NCBI GenBank assembly: GCA_963717525.1
Contig: OY970343.1
Location: forward strand, 480,001 to 544,000
Origin: an uncultured Methanoregulaceae archaeon
GTDB taxonomy: Archaea; Halobacteriota; Methanomicrobia; Methanomicrobiales; Methanospirillaceae
Direction: 5' to 3'
DNA length: 64,000 nucleotides
This document shows, in pieces, positions 33,977 through 44,122 of this stretch. The notes below the pieces were generated by a model. It searched no databases. It saw only the letters and a list, made by a program, of their open reading frames with translations, and was not told the DNA's origin. Numbering within the stretch: the stretch's first letter is position 1; each line of letters begins with the position of its first letter. The translations under genes were made by a program, and so were the position numbers.

Positions 33977-35077
33977 TCACTCACCGAGGGGTTCCCAGCG
34001 CAGTTCCAAGGCTTTTTCGACGGCAGGAAGGGTGGTGTACTCCATCTCCTCACGCGAGAGCCGGTGGGGTTCGAACGGACCCTGCGCACGTATCGTGTCC
34101 GCAAGCTTCGTTGCACCGCGCCCTCACCCGGTCGAAACCCGGGATCGTCGAACATGTCGGCAGGACCGATCAGGGTGCCATTAGTGACCTGGAACCCAAG
34201 GCAGATGACCCGGGGAGGGCCGTCGAACCGGGTGCAATTGGCATCACAGAGCCCGACCGGCATGAAGGGCCCGTGGTGGGACCCGCGCATCCAGCCTGCG
34301 ACGAGCACCGGGATGGTAAACGGCTCTATTGCCTCACCCATCGACGGAAAACCATCCTGGGCCCGGACGATCATGACCGGATCATCCTCTCCCATGACCT
34401 GGCCAGTCTCCTTGTTCAGGCGCCGGGTGCTTGTCGAGGCAGCGATGGTCCCGTCCTTTTTGAACACGTGCCTGATGATGTACCGTGACGGGGCCCCGAC
34501 ACAGGCAAGCAGGTTGTAACTCTCCTCCGGGCAGGCAAAGCTGCATCTTTCGTTTCCCGACGAGATCGTGCACCTCGAAGACGAAACCCTCATGCAGGGA
34601 CGGGTCGATGACGAGGCCGGGGGTATTAAAGGGATCGGCAAAGATTTTGTACAGATAGAAGTTCCATGCGCCGGGCCCTGCCTTGTCTGCCATGTAGATA
34701 AGGACAGGATCAGATTCCCTCTCCTCGAATTCCATCTCCGCGACACCCGGCCCCATGCCCCGGACATTCCCCGCGAACGCACCGGCAGGCATATCCTGAC
34801 CGGCTTCGTAGAGTTTGAGGCTTTTTGCAACCTTTGTGCATTCCATAAACACGTTCCCTGCAAGCCGGTGGATCTCTTCGTTGTAGATTCCCCGGGTATG
34901 CATCATAATCAGTTCGAGGCTGTCGCCGCAGTGGGTGACAAAGGAATCGGTAAGCAGCTTGCCCCTCTCGGATTTGAGCATCTGCGCCGCAGTTTCGAGC
35001 AGCTTGGGGTGGGTGCGGGAATGGCCGGGAAAACTTCCCACATCCGCGTTAATGACGGAGATCGTGGTTCTTGGCAT
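33977..35077 (-). CDS. Class V FBP aldolase/phosphatase homolog; frameshifted, with catalytic substitutions
   Basis: ADVGS, AGQD, GMGPGVAEM, FADPFNT, GWMRGSH, FDGPPR and MEYTTLP spread over several frames (shifts near 34535 and 34080-34135). Confidence 0.85.
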
Positions 35078-35157
35078 ACATGTTCACACTATTGAGATCG
35101 CACGAGGATCCTAAAAATGATTGGGGGTGAGGAGGCAGGGGTTTGCACAGCAGGAGA

Positions 35158-36297
35158 TCAGTTCAGGGACTTCCTGATGGCCGACGCGGTGCCGTATGAG
35201 CCAAAAGCCCTGAAAAAGACCAGGCTTTCGGCATAGGCCATCGCCTGCATGGCCGTGCTGGTCTCTTCATCGACAGCATAAATCTCTTTGTAAAACACCT
35301 TTATGGCGTTCTTGCAATTGCCGTCGAAGATCTGGCTGTCTTTCTTGCCGGGGTTTGCAGGACGGTATTTTTCAAGGGTCCAGTCCACGATGTTCTTGTA
35401 GAGAGAAGGCTCGTAAATTTTCAGGATCCCGAACGCCACATCCTGCCAGAAGGTCCCGACATTTCCTTTGATGATGTCGCCCTTGGGGAAGTGCAGGTTG
35501 ATGAGATCCCGCGGGGTACCGGTGATGCCGTGCTGGGCGATGCCGACAGGGAGGTGGTTGTCCCGCAACGCCTGGGCGATCTCCTTTGTACGGTTGATGT
35601 CTATCGAGAGCTGTTCGACCACGTTCCCGTTTGCATCGTACGCGTGTCCGTGAGAGCTGCCATTTGCGATAGCGATCACATGAGGGTAAACATCATTTTC
35701 GTTGAGGGCTTTTATGAACCCGACGGCTTCCTCAGGGCGGGTCAGGATCAGCCCCCCGGTGTCTTTCCTGCCGATCTCTCCCACCTCCACTTCGAGGCCG
35801 AACTCCTTTCCGTTCATCTTCTGCCGGATGTAGCGGGCAAGGTCAGAGGTGATTGCAATATTCTCTGCGAGCTCCTCCCGGACATTCTTTCCCTGGAAGT
35901 TGAAAAGGTGCGAGGCATCGATGGCAAACGAGGTGTACCCGGCTTTGACCTGCGCATCGATCAGCTCCTTTGTTCCCTCTATCTCGGCAGCGTCGCCTTT
36001 CTTGATGGAGATATGATCGGCGTGCAGCGCCCAGATGTCACAACCCACGGCTGCTGCTGCCGCGTGCATCTTCTCCGAGAAGACCTGCGGGGTCATGCCG
36101 GTGTACCCGCCGGAAAGATCGGATTCGGACCGTGCGAGTTCCATGAAGACCGCAGAGTCGGTGTCTTTTGCCGCCTTAAAAATTCCCTCGGCGACGGTGG
36201 CGATACGTACGTTTGCTGCCATAACGATGGCTTTCCGGCCGGTAATTCCTGTCAGGATAGTCGAGCCGGGGATCGGACCAAAGGTGCGTGCGTTCAT
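35158..36297 (-). CDS. fba: Class II fructose-bisphosphate aldolase
   Basis: LHADH, IDASH, EVEVGEIG, NGSSHG, AQHGITG, KGNVGT. Confidence 0.88.
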   Translation of the reverse strand: MNARTFGPIPGSTILTGITGRKAIVMAANVRIATVAEGIFKAAKDTDSAVFMELARSESDLSGGYTGMTPQVFSEKMHAAAAAVGCDIWALHADHISIKKGDAAEIEGTKELIDAQVKAGYTSFAIDASHLFNFQGKNVREELAENIAITSDLARYIRQKMNGKEFGLEVEVGEIGRKDTGGLILTRPEEAVGFIKALNENDVYPHVIAIANGSSHGHAYDANGNVVEQLSIDINRTKEIAQALRDNHLPVGIAQHGITGTPRDLINLHFPKGDIIKGNVGTFWQDVAFGILKIYEPSLYKNIVDWTLEKYRPANPGKKDSQIFDGNCKNAIKVFYKEIYAVDEETSTAMQAMAYAESLVFFRAFGSYGTASAIRKSLN

Positions 36298-36314
36298 ACT
36301 GGTGCTCCCTGTAC

Positions 36315-37217
36315 TTATCCTTCCTTCATACATGTTTCAATCTTTGCGATCTCTTTTTTGCCGCCGATATAGATGGGGGTGACCTGGCCAATTGTTTTCG
36401 GCGTGATCCCCCGGTAATCTTTATGCCCGTCGCTCACTGCCCCGCCGGCCTCGCAGATGATCAGCCCCATAGGGTTTGCCTCGTACAGGAGGCGGAGTTT
36501 TCCGGACTCCTTTCCCTTGTAGCCGGGGTAGGTAAAGACCCCTCCCTTGTGGAGGATCTGGTGGACGTCGGCGACAAAACAGCCGGAAAACCTGAGCTTG
36601 TAGCCATCGCTTTCGAGGCATTCGATCCACCGTGCATGGGGGGCAAGGTAGTCCCTGCGCAGCGCGCCGGGAGAGTGGATCTTCCCCTCGGGGATCCGCA
36701 GGTCATGGTGGCGCAGTACAAATTCCCCGTCCTCGCGCTGGACAAATTCGTGGACGCCATGTTTTGTGGTGAAGGTGAGGAGCGTCAGGGGCCCGTACAG
36801 GATATAAAGGGCGGCAATCATGCCGGTGCCTTTCTCAAGGACATGGCCGGGGTAGATGCCGATGATGGAGCCGACGCAGAGGTTGACATCAAGAAGTGAA
36901 GAGCCATCGAGCGGGTCGATGACAACACCGAACTGGTTCTTTGCGCCGCTGACCTCGATCACCTGGTCCTGCTCTTCGGTTGCGATATACCGGACAAGCC
37001 GCGATTCTTTGAGCGCGTGAATGAATACATCATCGGCATACTTGTCAAGGGGCTTCTGGTCTTCCCCGAACATGTTCCGGGTGCCGCAGGCTGCTGTATT
37101 CATGCAGGTCGAGAGGAAGCCCTTTTTTACCTCTCCGGCCTGTTCGCTCAGGAAGAGAATGAGCCCGGCGAGGTTCTTCTCCGTCCCCTCTTTAACGAGA
37201 AAATCCTTGAGAATCAT
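36315..37217 (-). CDS. fbp: Class I fructose-1,6-bisphosphatase
   Basis: [29 protein letters not shown]. Confidence 0.92.
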   Translation of the reverse strand: MILKDFLVKEGTEKNLAGLILFLSEQAGEVKKGFLSTCMNTAACGTRNMFGEDQKPLDKYADDVFIHALKESRLVRYIATEEQDQVIEVSGAKNQFGVVIDPLDGSSLLDVNLCVGSIIGIYPGHVLEKGTGMIAALYILYGPLTLLTFTTKHGVHEFVQREDGEFVLRHHDLRIPEGKIHSPGALRRDYLAPHARWIECLESDGYKLRFSGCFVADVHQILHKGGVFTYPGYKGKESGKLRLLYEANPMGLIICEAGGAVSDGHKDYRGITPKTIGQVTPIYIGGKKEIAKIETCMKEG

Positions 37218-37621
37218 AGTGTGACTCCTGACACGGCCGCAAACGATTCCTCTCTGGCGGAGCATGGGATTGTCGCAGGCACTGGATTCGTAGTTAGTCC
37301 TTTGATCCCGATCTTTATCAGGATTGTTGATCGGCGAACTTAACCAGTTCTCTGGATTGCACGGCAAGAATGGATCGTTCGCAGCCGGGGCCGGCTGTCA
37401 TGTCGTTGTCATTAAAAAAGGGATAGTCCCGGAAGACTCTCAAAATAGGGATCAGGATTCCGGTTTCAACGGTGTCTCCGCAGGAAGCCAGGCCAATATC
37501 CCGTTACTCCCCTCACAAGGTCCGGATGCGGCGCTCATGACCGGGGGCCTCCTTTGTTTTTAATTACCGGCTTTCTTGTCCCGTGCTACTGTGAGTTTCT
37601 TTATCGCGTCGGTTCCCGGGA

Positions 37622-40213
37622 TCAGGAATTCGTAAATACCAGCTTTCCTTCTTTCTCATCAACCACGATCACCTTGTCTTTGTTTACTGTTCCTTCCAGG
37701 ATCATTTTTGATAACTCATTCAGCAGGTTTTTCTGGATCACCCGTTTGATCGGCCGTGCACCGAATTGCGGGTCAAAGCCCTGGGTGGCGATGAACTGGA
37801 TGGCTTTCTTTGTGGCCCTGAGCCGGATATCGCTCTTCCCGAGCATTTTCTGGACGTTTTCCAGCTGGAGCTCGACAACCTTCTGAATCTCCTCCTTCGT
37901 GAGAGGTTTGAACATGATGATCTCATCAATCCGGTTGAGGAATTCGGGACGGATGGTCTTCTTGAGCAGGTCGAACACCTGTTCCCGGGTGCGGTCGAAC
38001 ACCTCGTCACGGTTTTTGTCGGTGACATGCTCCAGGTTTTCCTGGATAATGGGTGACCCGATGTTCGAGGTCATGATGATGATGGTATTCTTGAAATCCA
38101 CCGTACGGCCCTTGTTGTCGGTCAGGCGGCCGTCGTCAAGAACCTGCAGCAGGATATTGAATACATCCGGGTGGGCTTTCTCGATCTCATCCAACAGAAC
38201 CACGGAATAGGGCTTTCTCCGGACCGCTTCTGTCAGCTGCCCGCTCTCTTCGTACCCCACATACCCCGGAGGTGCGCCGATCAGCCTTGAAACAGTATGC
38301 CGTTCCTGGTATTCCGACATGTCAATACGCACCATGCTGTTCTCGTTGTTGAACAGGAATTCTGCCAGGGCTTTTGCCAGCTCGGTCTTTCCTACACCCG
38401 TCGTCCCCAGGAAGATGAAAGAACCGATCGGGCGTTTTGGGTCCTGCAACCCGGCACGGTTCCGGCGGATTGCATCGGAGACTGCCCCGATGGCTTCATC
38501 CTGGCCTACGACACGCTTGTGGAGTTCGGCCTCAAGGCTGAGCAGTTTCTCCCGCTCGCTCTGCAGCATCCTGCTCACGGGAATGCCGGTCCAGCGCGCA
38601 ACCACTTCGGCAATCTGCTCTGCATCTACCTCCTCTTTTACCATCGGGGAATCCTTCTGCAGCGCGGTCAGTTTTTCCTTGAGGCCCTCAATGGTCTTCC
38701 CGGTCTCCGGGATACGACCATAGCGGATCTCTGCCACCCTGCCGAGGTCCCCGCTCCGTTCGGCACCTTCGGCCTCGAATTTCAGGTTCTCGATCTCGTT
38801 TTTACGCGACTGGATCTGGTCTGCAAGATCTTTTTCCGATTGCCACTTTGCTTCCAGCCGGTTTCGCTCCTCGGTCAGGTTCCCAATCTCAACATTCAGG
38901 GTCTTGAGTTTTTTCTCATCCTTCTCACGTTTGAAGGCTTCCATCTCAATTTTCAGCTGCTGGATCCTGCGTTCAATCGTTTCCAGTTCTTCCGGTTTCG
39001 AGTTTCTCTCGAGGCGGAGCTTCGCGGCAGCCTCATCGATCAGATCGATAGCCTTGTCGGGAAGGAAGCGGTCGGAGATATAGCGCTGCGAAAGTTCAAC
39101 GGCAGCAATGATAGCCTCATCTTTGATTTGCACATTATGATGGGTTTCGTATTTTCCTTTGATCCCGCGAAGGATTGAGATGGCATCCACCGTATCCGGC
39201 TCATTGACCATCACCGGCTGGAAACGCCGCTCAAGCGCTTTGTCCTTCTCGAAATATTTCTGGTATTCTTTTAAGGTTGTTGCGCCAATGACATGCAATT
39301 CTCCCCGTGAAAGCGCGGGTTTCAGGATGTTCGCCGCGTCCATGGCGCCTTCGCTCGCGCCGGCCCCGACCAGGGTATGGATCTCGTCGATGAAGAGGAT
39401 GATCTCCCCTTCGGCGGATATCACTTCCTTGACGACACTTTTCAGCCTTTCTTCAAATTCTCCCTTGTACTTGGCCCCGGCGATTAGGGCTCCCATATCG
39501 AGGGCATAGATCTGCTTGGTCTTCAGGTTATCCGGTACATCCCCGTCGATGATCCGGTGGGCGAGACCTTCGGCAATGGCGGTTTTTCCCACACCCGGTT
39601 CCCCGATAAGGATCGGGTTGTTCTTCGTTCGCCTCGAAAGGATCTGCAGCACCCTGCGGATCTCTTCGTCACGACCGATAACCGGATCGAGTTTTCCCTT
39701 ACGGGCCAGATCATTCAGGTTCCGGGCATATTTTTCCAGGGAGTTATAGGTCTCTTCCGCGGTCGGGCTGTTCACGGTCGAACCTTTCCGCAGCTGGCTG
39801 ATGGCAGTTCTCAGGTCTTTCTCTGTTACCCCGTTCTCCTTCAGCAGCCGCGAGGTGCTGTCGTTTACTAAAAGAATTCCCAGAAGAAGATGTTCGATGG
39901 AGACGAATTCGTCCCTGAATTCCTGGGAAAGCGCGGTAGCTTTATCTAAGGCTTTTGTGGCATCCTTTGAAAGGTGTTGCTCCCCGCCACTGACGTTGGG
40001 ATAAGCATCGATGATCCTGTCGAGTGCAGGGGTAAAACTATCGAGGTTCACATTCAGTTTTTTGAGGAGGTAAGGAATGACATCCTCGTCAACCAGAAGC
40101 ATACCTTTGAGTACATGCGAAGTCTCGATGGCCTGGTTCTGTTTTGCCGTTGCAATCTCCATTGCTTTCTGGACGGCTTCCTGTGATTTGATGGTGAATT
40201 TGTCGAAATTCAT
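37622..40213 (-). CDS. clpB: ATP-dependent disaggregase ClpB
   Basis: Two AAA+ domains ([16 protein letters not shown]), [10 protein letters not shown], coiled-coil M domain, GYVG loop. Confidence 0.96.
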   Translation of the reverse strand: MNFDKFTIKSQEAVQKAMEIATAKQNQAIETSHVLKGMLLVDEDVIPYLLKKLNVNLDSFTPALDRIIDAYPNVSGGEQHLSKDATKALDKATALSQEFRDEFVSIEHLLLGILLVNDSTSRLLKENGVTEKDLRTAISQLRKGSTVNSPTAEETYNSLEKYARNLNDLARKGKLDPVIGRDEEIRRVLQILSRRTKNNPILIGEPGVGKTAIAEGLAHRIIDGDVPDNLKTKQIYALDMGALIAGAKYKGEFEERLKSVVKEVISAEGEIILFIDEIHTLVGAGASEGAMDAANILKPALSRGELHVIGATTLKEYQKYFEKDKALERRFQPVMVNEPDTVDAISILRGIKGKYETHHNVQIKDEAIIAAVELSQRYISDRFLPDKAIDLIDEAAAKLRLERNSKPEELETIERRIQQLKIEMEAFKREKDEKKLKTLNVEIGNLTEERNRLEAKWQSEKDLADQIQSRKNEIENLKFEAEGAERSGDLGRVAEIRYGRIPETGKTIEGLKEKLTALQKDSPMVKEEVDAEQIAEVVARWTGIPVSRMLQSEREKLLSLEAELHKRVVGQDEAIGAVSDAIRRNRAGLQDPKRPIGSFIFLGTTGVGKTELAKALAEFLFNNENSMVRIDMSEYQERHTVSRLIGAPPGYVGYEESGQLTEAVRRKPYSVVLLDEIEKAHPDVFNILLQVLDDGRLTDNKGRTVDFKNTIIIMTSNIGSPIIQENLEHVTDKNRDEVFDRTREQVFDLLKKTIRPEFLNRIDEIIMFKPLTKEEIQKVVELQLENVQKMLGKSDIRLRATKKAIQFIATQGFDPQFGARPIKRVIQKNLLNELSKMILEGTVNKDKVIVVDEKEGKLVFTNS

Positions 40214-40407
40214 AACGTTTGTCACCCGTTCTTCATTATTCGTAATTTAGTATTGGCTGTTCATTATAGCGCTTCTTCCTGCCAGATAATGTGCCGGCCC
40301 GGCGTTTATCAGAAACAGAGGTTGTTACCCTGCGTCTTCGTTATCCAACGCTTCCTGCACGGTCAGGTTTACCCCTTTGTCATCGATTATAATCGTAATA
40401 CTCATGC

Positions 40408-40446
40408 GAATGATTTACCATAGGTTAGTATGATATAATATATAAA
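40408..40446 (-). promoter_or_regulatory. clpB promoter: TATA box plus putative heat-shock operator
   Basis: Minus strand TTTATATATTATATCATACTAACCTATGGTAAATCATTC; 37/39 identical to 50908-50946. Confidence 0.75.
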
Positions 40447-40554
40447 TTATTGTGTTGTCGGTTCTGATAGGTTGGGGGTGGATCAACCGGTTCATCGGTT
40501 GGTGATAAGTCACAGTTGGTAATGCACTTATGGATCAGAACTTCAAAATTAGCA

Positions 40555-41358
40555 ATGGATATATTTGCCAAAGAAAAGATTCACCATATGTATCAAAGAC
40601 ACCCCTCCTTCAATCCCCCAGAAGATGAAAACATAAAAATATGGAGATATCTTGATATCCCGAAATTTCTTTGGCTGTTAGAGAGAAAATCGCTATATTT
40701 TTCAAGGTCTGATTTACTTGGTGATTCTTTTGAAGGATCTTTACCATCCACACCGGGTCAATTTTTGGTTGATTCGTTATTAAAAAAACAAGCTTCGGAA
40801 TTGCTGAAGATTGATGAAAAAGATGTACCCCCTCCACCGTCATTTCTTGACATTTGGAGAAAAGTGTGTTATGTGTGCAGTTTCCATATGAACGAACACG
40901 AATCGGCAGCCTTGTGGTCAATTTATACTAAAGCAAAACAAGGAGTGGCAATTCAATCAACTTTCAAGAAATTGGTTGATTCTTTTAAGAGTTATTCTAT
41001 AAATCCCGTTTTTATTGGAACTGTGAAGTACATTGATTATCAATCTGAGATCATTCACGTAGAAGAAAATGCTTTTTTACCATTATTACATAAAAGAAAA
41101 AGTTTTGAATACGAAAGGGAAATTAGGGTGGTGATAACTCAGCCAAGTGCGATTTTTGTCGGGGCAACCCCTTATAAAGAATGTGAAAAACACGAGGGGT
41201 TAAATGTTCCAATAGATTTAGATTGTTTTATTGAACACATCTATCTTGCTCCCACCACTAAACCGTGGATTAAAGAATTGCTTACATCTATTATGGATAA
41301 AAACGGGATCAACAAACCTTTAGATCAATCAAGTCTCGATGCAAATCCTATAATATAA
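40555..41358 (+). CDS. DUF2971-like hypothetical protein
   Basis: IWRY, ESAALWSIY, GVAIQST, HKRKSFEYEREIR; low GC. Confidence 0.7.
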   Translation: MDIFAKEKIHHMYQRHPSFNPPEDENIKIWRYLDIPKFLWLLERKSLYFSRSDLLGDSFEGSLPSTPGQFLVDSLLKKQASELLKIDEKDVPPPPSFLDIWRKVCYVCSFHMNEHESAALWSIYTKAKQGVAIQSTFKKLVDSFKSYSINPVFIGTVKYIDYQSEIIHVEENAFLPLLHKRKSFEYEREIRVVITQPSAIFVGATPYKECEKHEGLNVPIDLDCFIEHIYLAPTTKPWIKELLTSIMDKNGINKPLDQSSLDANPII

Positions 41359-41367
41359 GATTGCCAG

Positions 41368-41446
41368 GATTCTGGTGCGTTCTCGGCAGATCTAAACTTT
41401 AACACTCTGAAGAAAAGTGACAACCTGCCGAAGATTTGACAGAACC
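41368..41446. mobile_element. ~79-bp MITE-like element with IS6-like ends
   Basis: Left end GATTCTGGTGCGTTCTCGGCAG; right end (reverse complement) GGTTCTGTCAAATCTTCGGCAG. Confidence 0.5.
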
Positions 41447-41517
41447 CTTTATTGTACTGTCTTGAGAATGACCTTCATCGATACTCCTATCAGTAATTGT
41501 CGGCATATAGGGCATAC

Positions 41518-41667
41518 ATGTCAGATTATGGCAAGGATCATATTTTCATTTGCCCGCACTGCGAACTCAAGTGGCGCACTACAGAAATCACTTCGAAACT
41601 GCATTGTAAGCAATGCAACCGCGATTTCCCGAACCCTTGGGCGGCAGCACCGGCCCTGAAAAAGTAG
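41518..41667 (+). CDS. 49-aa zinc-finger microprotein
   Basis: Manual translation MSDYGKDHIFICPHCELKWRTTEITSKLHCKQCNRDFPNPWAAAPALKK. Confidence 0.7.
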   Translation: MSDYGKDHIFICPHCELKWRTTEITSKLHCKQCNRDFPNPWAAAPALKK

Positions 41668-41938
41668 ATCCACCAACACGTTCCTGATGAAACGATATCA
41701 TGACCTGGTCTCTGCCGGGGGAAATGCACGGTCCAGCCTAAAAAAAGATCTTTTTTTGCTCCTGCTCTGTCGGGGCTTCTCCATGTTCAGGGACATTGGA
41801 GAAAAGTTATCGCGTCCCGCCCAACTTGACAAAAACCCACTGCACCACCCCGGAGCGAGAGGCTTTACACCCCCTCTCAACATCCCGGAGGTAAAACGAT
41901 TTTGAATAAGAAAAAGAGGTGGTGATTTTGTCCCTCAC

Positions 41939-42085
41939 CTACCCGGATGTGTTCTCCGATGATCCTACCAGCTGCATCGGCTCGTTGTGGCAGATAATTT
42001 CCCCGCCGCCGGCTTCTTTTACTACGACAACATTTCCGCATATCGTGCACCGGTATATTTCACCGGATTTCTGGACGTTTACCAT
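41939..42085 (-). CDS. 48-aa desulforedoxin-like (FeS4 domain) protein
   Basis: MVNVQKSGEIYRCTICGNVVVVKEAGGGEIICHNEPMQLV... matches Y.C..CGN.V.V...GGG...CC..PM. Confidence 0.85.
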   Translation of the reverse strand: MVNVQKSGEIYRCTICGNVVVVKEAGGGEIICHNEPMQLVGSSENTSG

Positions 42086-42324
42086 TGTGATGCCCCCGTA
42101 TTTTCCGTGCTTTAAAGGCTCTTTTAGTCCCTTTACACGATAAAAGAACCGTTATAGGTTTCGTTCATTTTCAAAATTTGCAAATTCCCTCCATCCCAAA
42201 AATTTCTCTTCATGAAACAAGCGAGCACGGGAACGGTAACAAAACACAGAGACGGCACGGGGAGAATCAGACGCCGGAAGGGGGTGTCGAAACTTTTTTA
42301 GCGGTCAGGTGGCAACTACTCGCA

Positions 42325-43212
42325 ATGGCAGGTGGCCCGGGGAGACTGGAAGAAACTGCAATCGATGCTCTCACGAGAGTCCACCTCACCCGGCTCGACA
42401 AGGTCCTGTACCCGGCGGCCCGGGTCACCAAAGGCGACGTCCTCACGTACTACATCCGGGTGGCGCCGCTCCTGCTCCCGTTTCTCCAGGACCGGCCGCT
42501 GACAATGCACCGGTTCCCGGACGGATTCGGGGGAGAGGGGTTCTTTGAGAAGGACGCTCCCGCCGGCACACCGGAGTACGTGGACATCTTCACTCACTTT
42601 TCGAAGACAGCAGGGAGGGACGTGCATTTTATTGTCTGCAACAATCTCGATACACTCATCTGGATCGCGAACCTTGCCTCCCTTGAAATCCATATCGCCC
42701 TCTCGACTGCAGGTTCATTTGAGTCTCCTGATTTCCTCCTCTTCGATATCGATCCCGAGCCCCCGCTCCGGTTCGATGACGTGATCGATGTTGCACATAT
42801 CGTGCGGGAGCAGCTGGAAGGTGCCGGGCTGCAGCCGTTTGTCAAGACGTCGGGGAAAAAAGGCGTCCACATCGTAGTGCCGCTCATTTCCGGCTACCGG
42901 TTCAGCGAGGCGAGGGAGTTTGCGCACCGGATAGGAAGGGAGATCGCCCGCTCGACCCCGCATGTCGTCTCGGAGTTCCCCCGGTCCCGGGACCCCGGGA
43001 CGATCTTCATCGATTACCTCCAGAATGCGCACGGCAAGACCATGGTCGCTCCGTACAGTCTCCGGGCTGTCCCCGGCGCAACCGTCTCCGCCCCGCTCCG
43101 GTGGGAGGAGCTCCGTCACGGTGCACGTCCCGAAGATTTTAATATAAAGACGATGCTTTCGAGACATGAAGAACCATGGAGGGGAATCCTTGACACCCGG
43201 CAGACAATCTGA
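42325..43212 (+). CDS. NHEJ LigD polymerase/primase domain (stand-alone)
   Basis: LDKVLYP, HRFPDG, FFEK, FDIDP, KTSGKKGVHI, FIDYLQN, APYSLR. Confidence 0.92.
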   Translation: MAGGPGRLEETAIDALTRVHLTRLDKVLYPAARVTKGDVLTYYIRVAPLLLPFLQDRPLTMHRFPDGFGGEGFFEKDAPAGTPEYVDIFTHFSKTAGRDVHFIVCNNLDTLIWIANLASLEIHIALSTAGSFESPDFLLFDIDPEPPLRFDDVIDVAHIVREQLEGAGLQPFVKTSGKKGVHIVVPLISGYRFSEAREFAHRIGREIARSTPHVVSEFPRSRDPGTIFIDYLQNAHGKTMVAPYSLRAVPGATVSAPLRWEELRHGARPEDFNIKTMLSRHEEPWRGILDTRQTI

Positions 43213-44119
43213 TGCGCCACCCGGGCCGCCTGCCCGGGGGACAAAACATGCTGCCAAAGGTGCGGGGAAAAAACCGGCCCCGTCACCGGCAGTCCCCGGA
43301 AAAGACGGAAAGGCAGGAACGCCAGATGACCACGGGAACTCCGGGAAATCCGGCAGGTCGTTCTGGAGCGGGAGCATCACGATCGGGCTCATCAACGTGC
43401 CGGTCCAGCTCTACACGATGGTTCGTGACCGGTCCTTCTCGTTCAGGCTGCTCCACCGGGCAGACGGCCAGCCCCTGAAGTACGACCGGGTCTGTACCCG
43501 GGACGGCATCGTGGTCCCGTGGGCTGAGACCGTGAAGGGATACGAGGTGCGGAAAGGCGAATTCTTGGTCTTTGAACCTGACGAACTCAAAGCGGTGATG
43601 CCCGGGTCCGACCGGAAGATCCGGATCGACAAGTTCGTCTTTTACCTCTCCCTTGACCCGGTCTATTTCGAGAACACCTATCTCCTTGTCCCTGACCGGA
43701 GCGAGGAGGCGTACGGCCTGTTGGTCGCTGCCCTGCAGGAACTCGGCCGTGCCGGGGCCGGGACCATCACGCTCCGGACCAAGGAATACCCCGTGGTAGT
43801 GCACGTGTACGACGGTGCTTTGGTCCTGACCACCCTCCGGCACGCTGAGGAGGTAACGCAGCCGCACGCGTTTGGGATCCTGCCCGTCCTCGCGGCCCCG
43901 AAGGAGAATGAGCTCGCCCTTGCAAAAAAGATCGTAAAAGACCTGTCCGGTGACTTCTCGATCAACGATTACCCGGACCGGTACCGTGAGGCTGTCCTTG
44001 CTCTCGTCGACAGGAAACTGGCCGGCGAGAAGATCGTGTACGAGGAGCCGCACCCCGGGGAGGCGAAGGAACTGATGCAGGCATTGCAGGAGACCATCGC
44101 CACGCTTGCATGGAAGTGA
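43190..44119 (+). CDS. ku: NHEJ Ku protein (start uncertain: ATG 43166 or TTG 43190)
   Basis: WSGSITIGLINVPV, VKGYEV, DPVYFENTY, Y.D.YRE, ELMQALQE. Confidence 0.93.
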   Translation: MTPGRQSDAPPGPPARGTKHAAKGAGKKPAPSPAVPGKDGKAGTPDDHGNSGKSGRSFWSGSITIGLINVPVQLYTMVRDRSFSFRLLHRADGQPLKYDRVCTRDGIVVPWAETVKGYEVRKGEFLVFEPDELKAVMPGSDRKIRIDKFVFYLSLDPVYFENTYLLVPDRSEEAYGLLVAALQELGRAGAGTITLRTKEYPVVVHVYDGALVLTTLRHAEEVTQPHAFGILPVLAAPKENELALAKKIVKDLSGDFSINDYPDRYREAVLALVDRKLAGEKIVYEEPHPGEAKELMQALQETIATLAWK

Positions 44120-44122
44120 GGC

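Noticed and set aside
40380..40382. In-frame TGA in the clpB leader ORF as selenocysteine
   Set aside because: The aligned codon in the grpE leader is Glu, not Cys; no SECIS-like structure seen, and the frame also shifts
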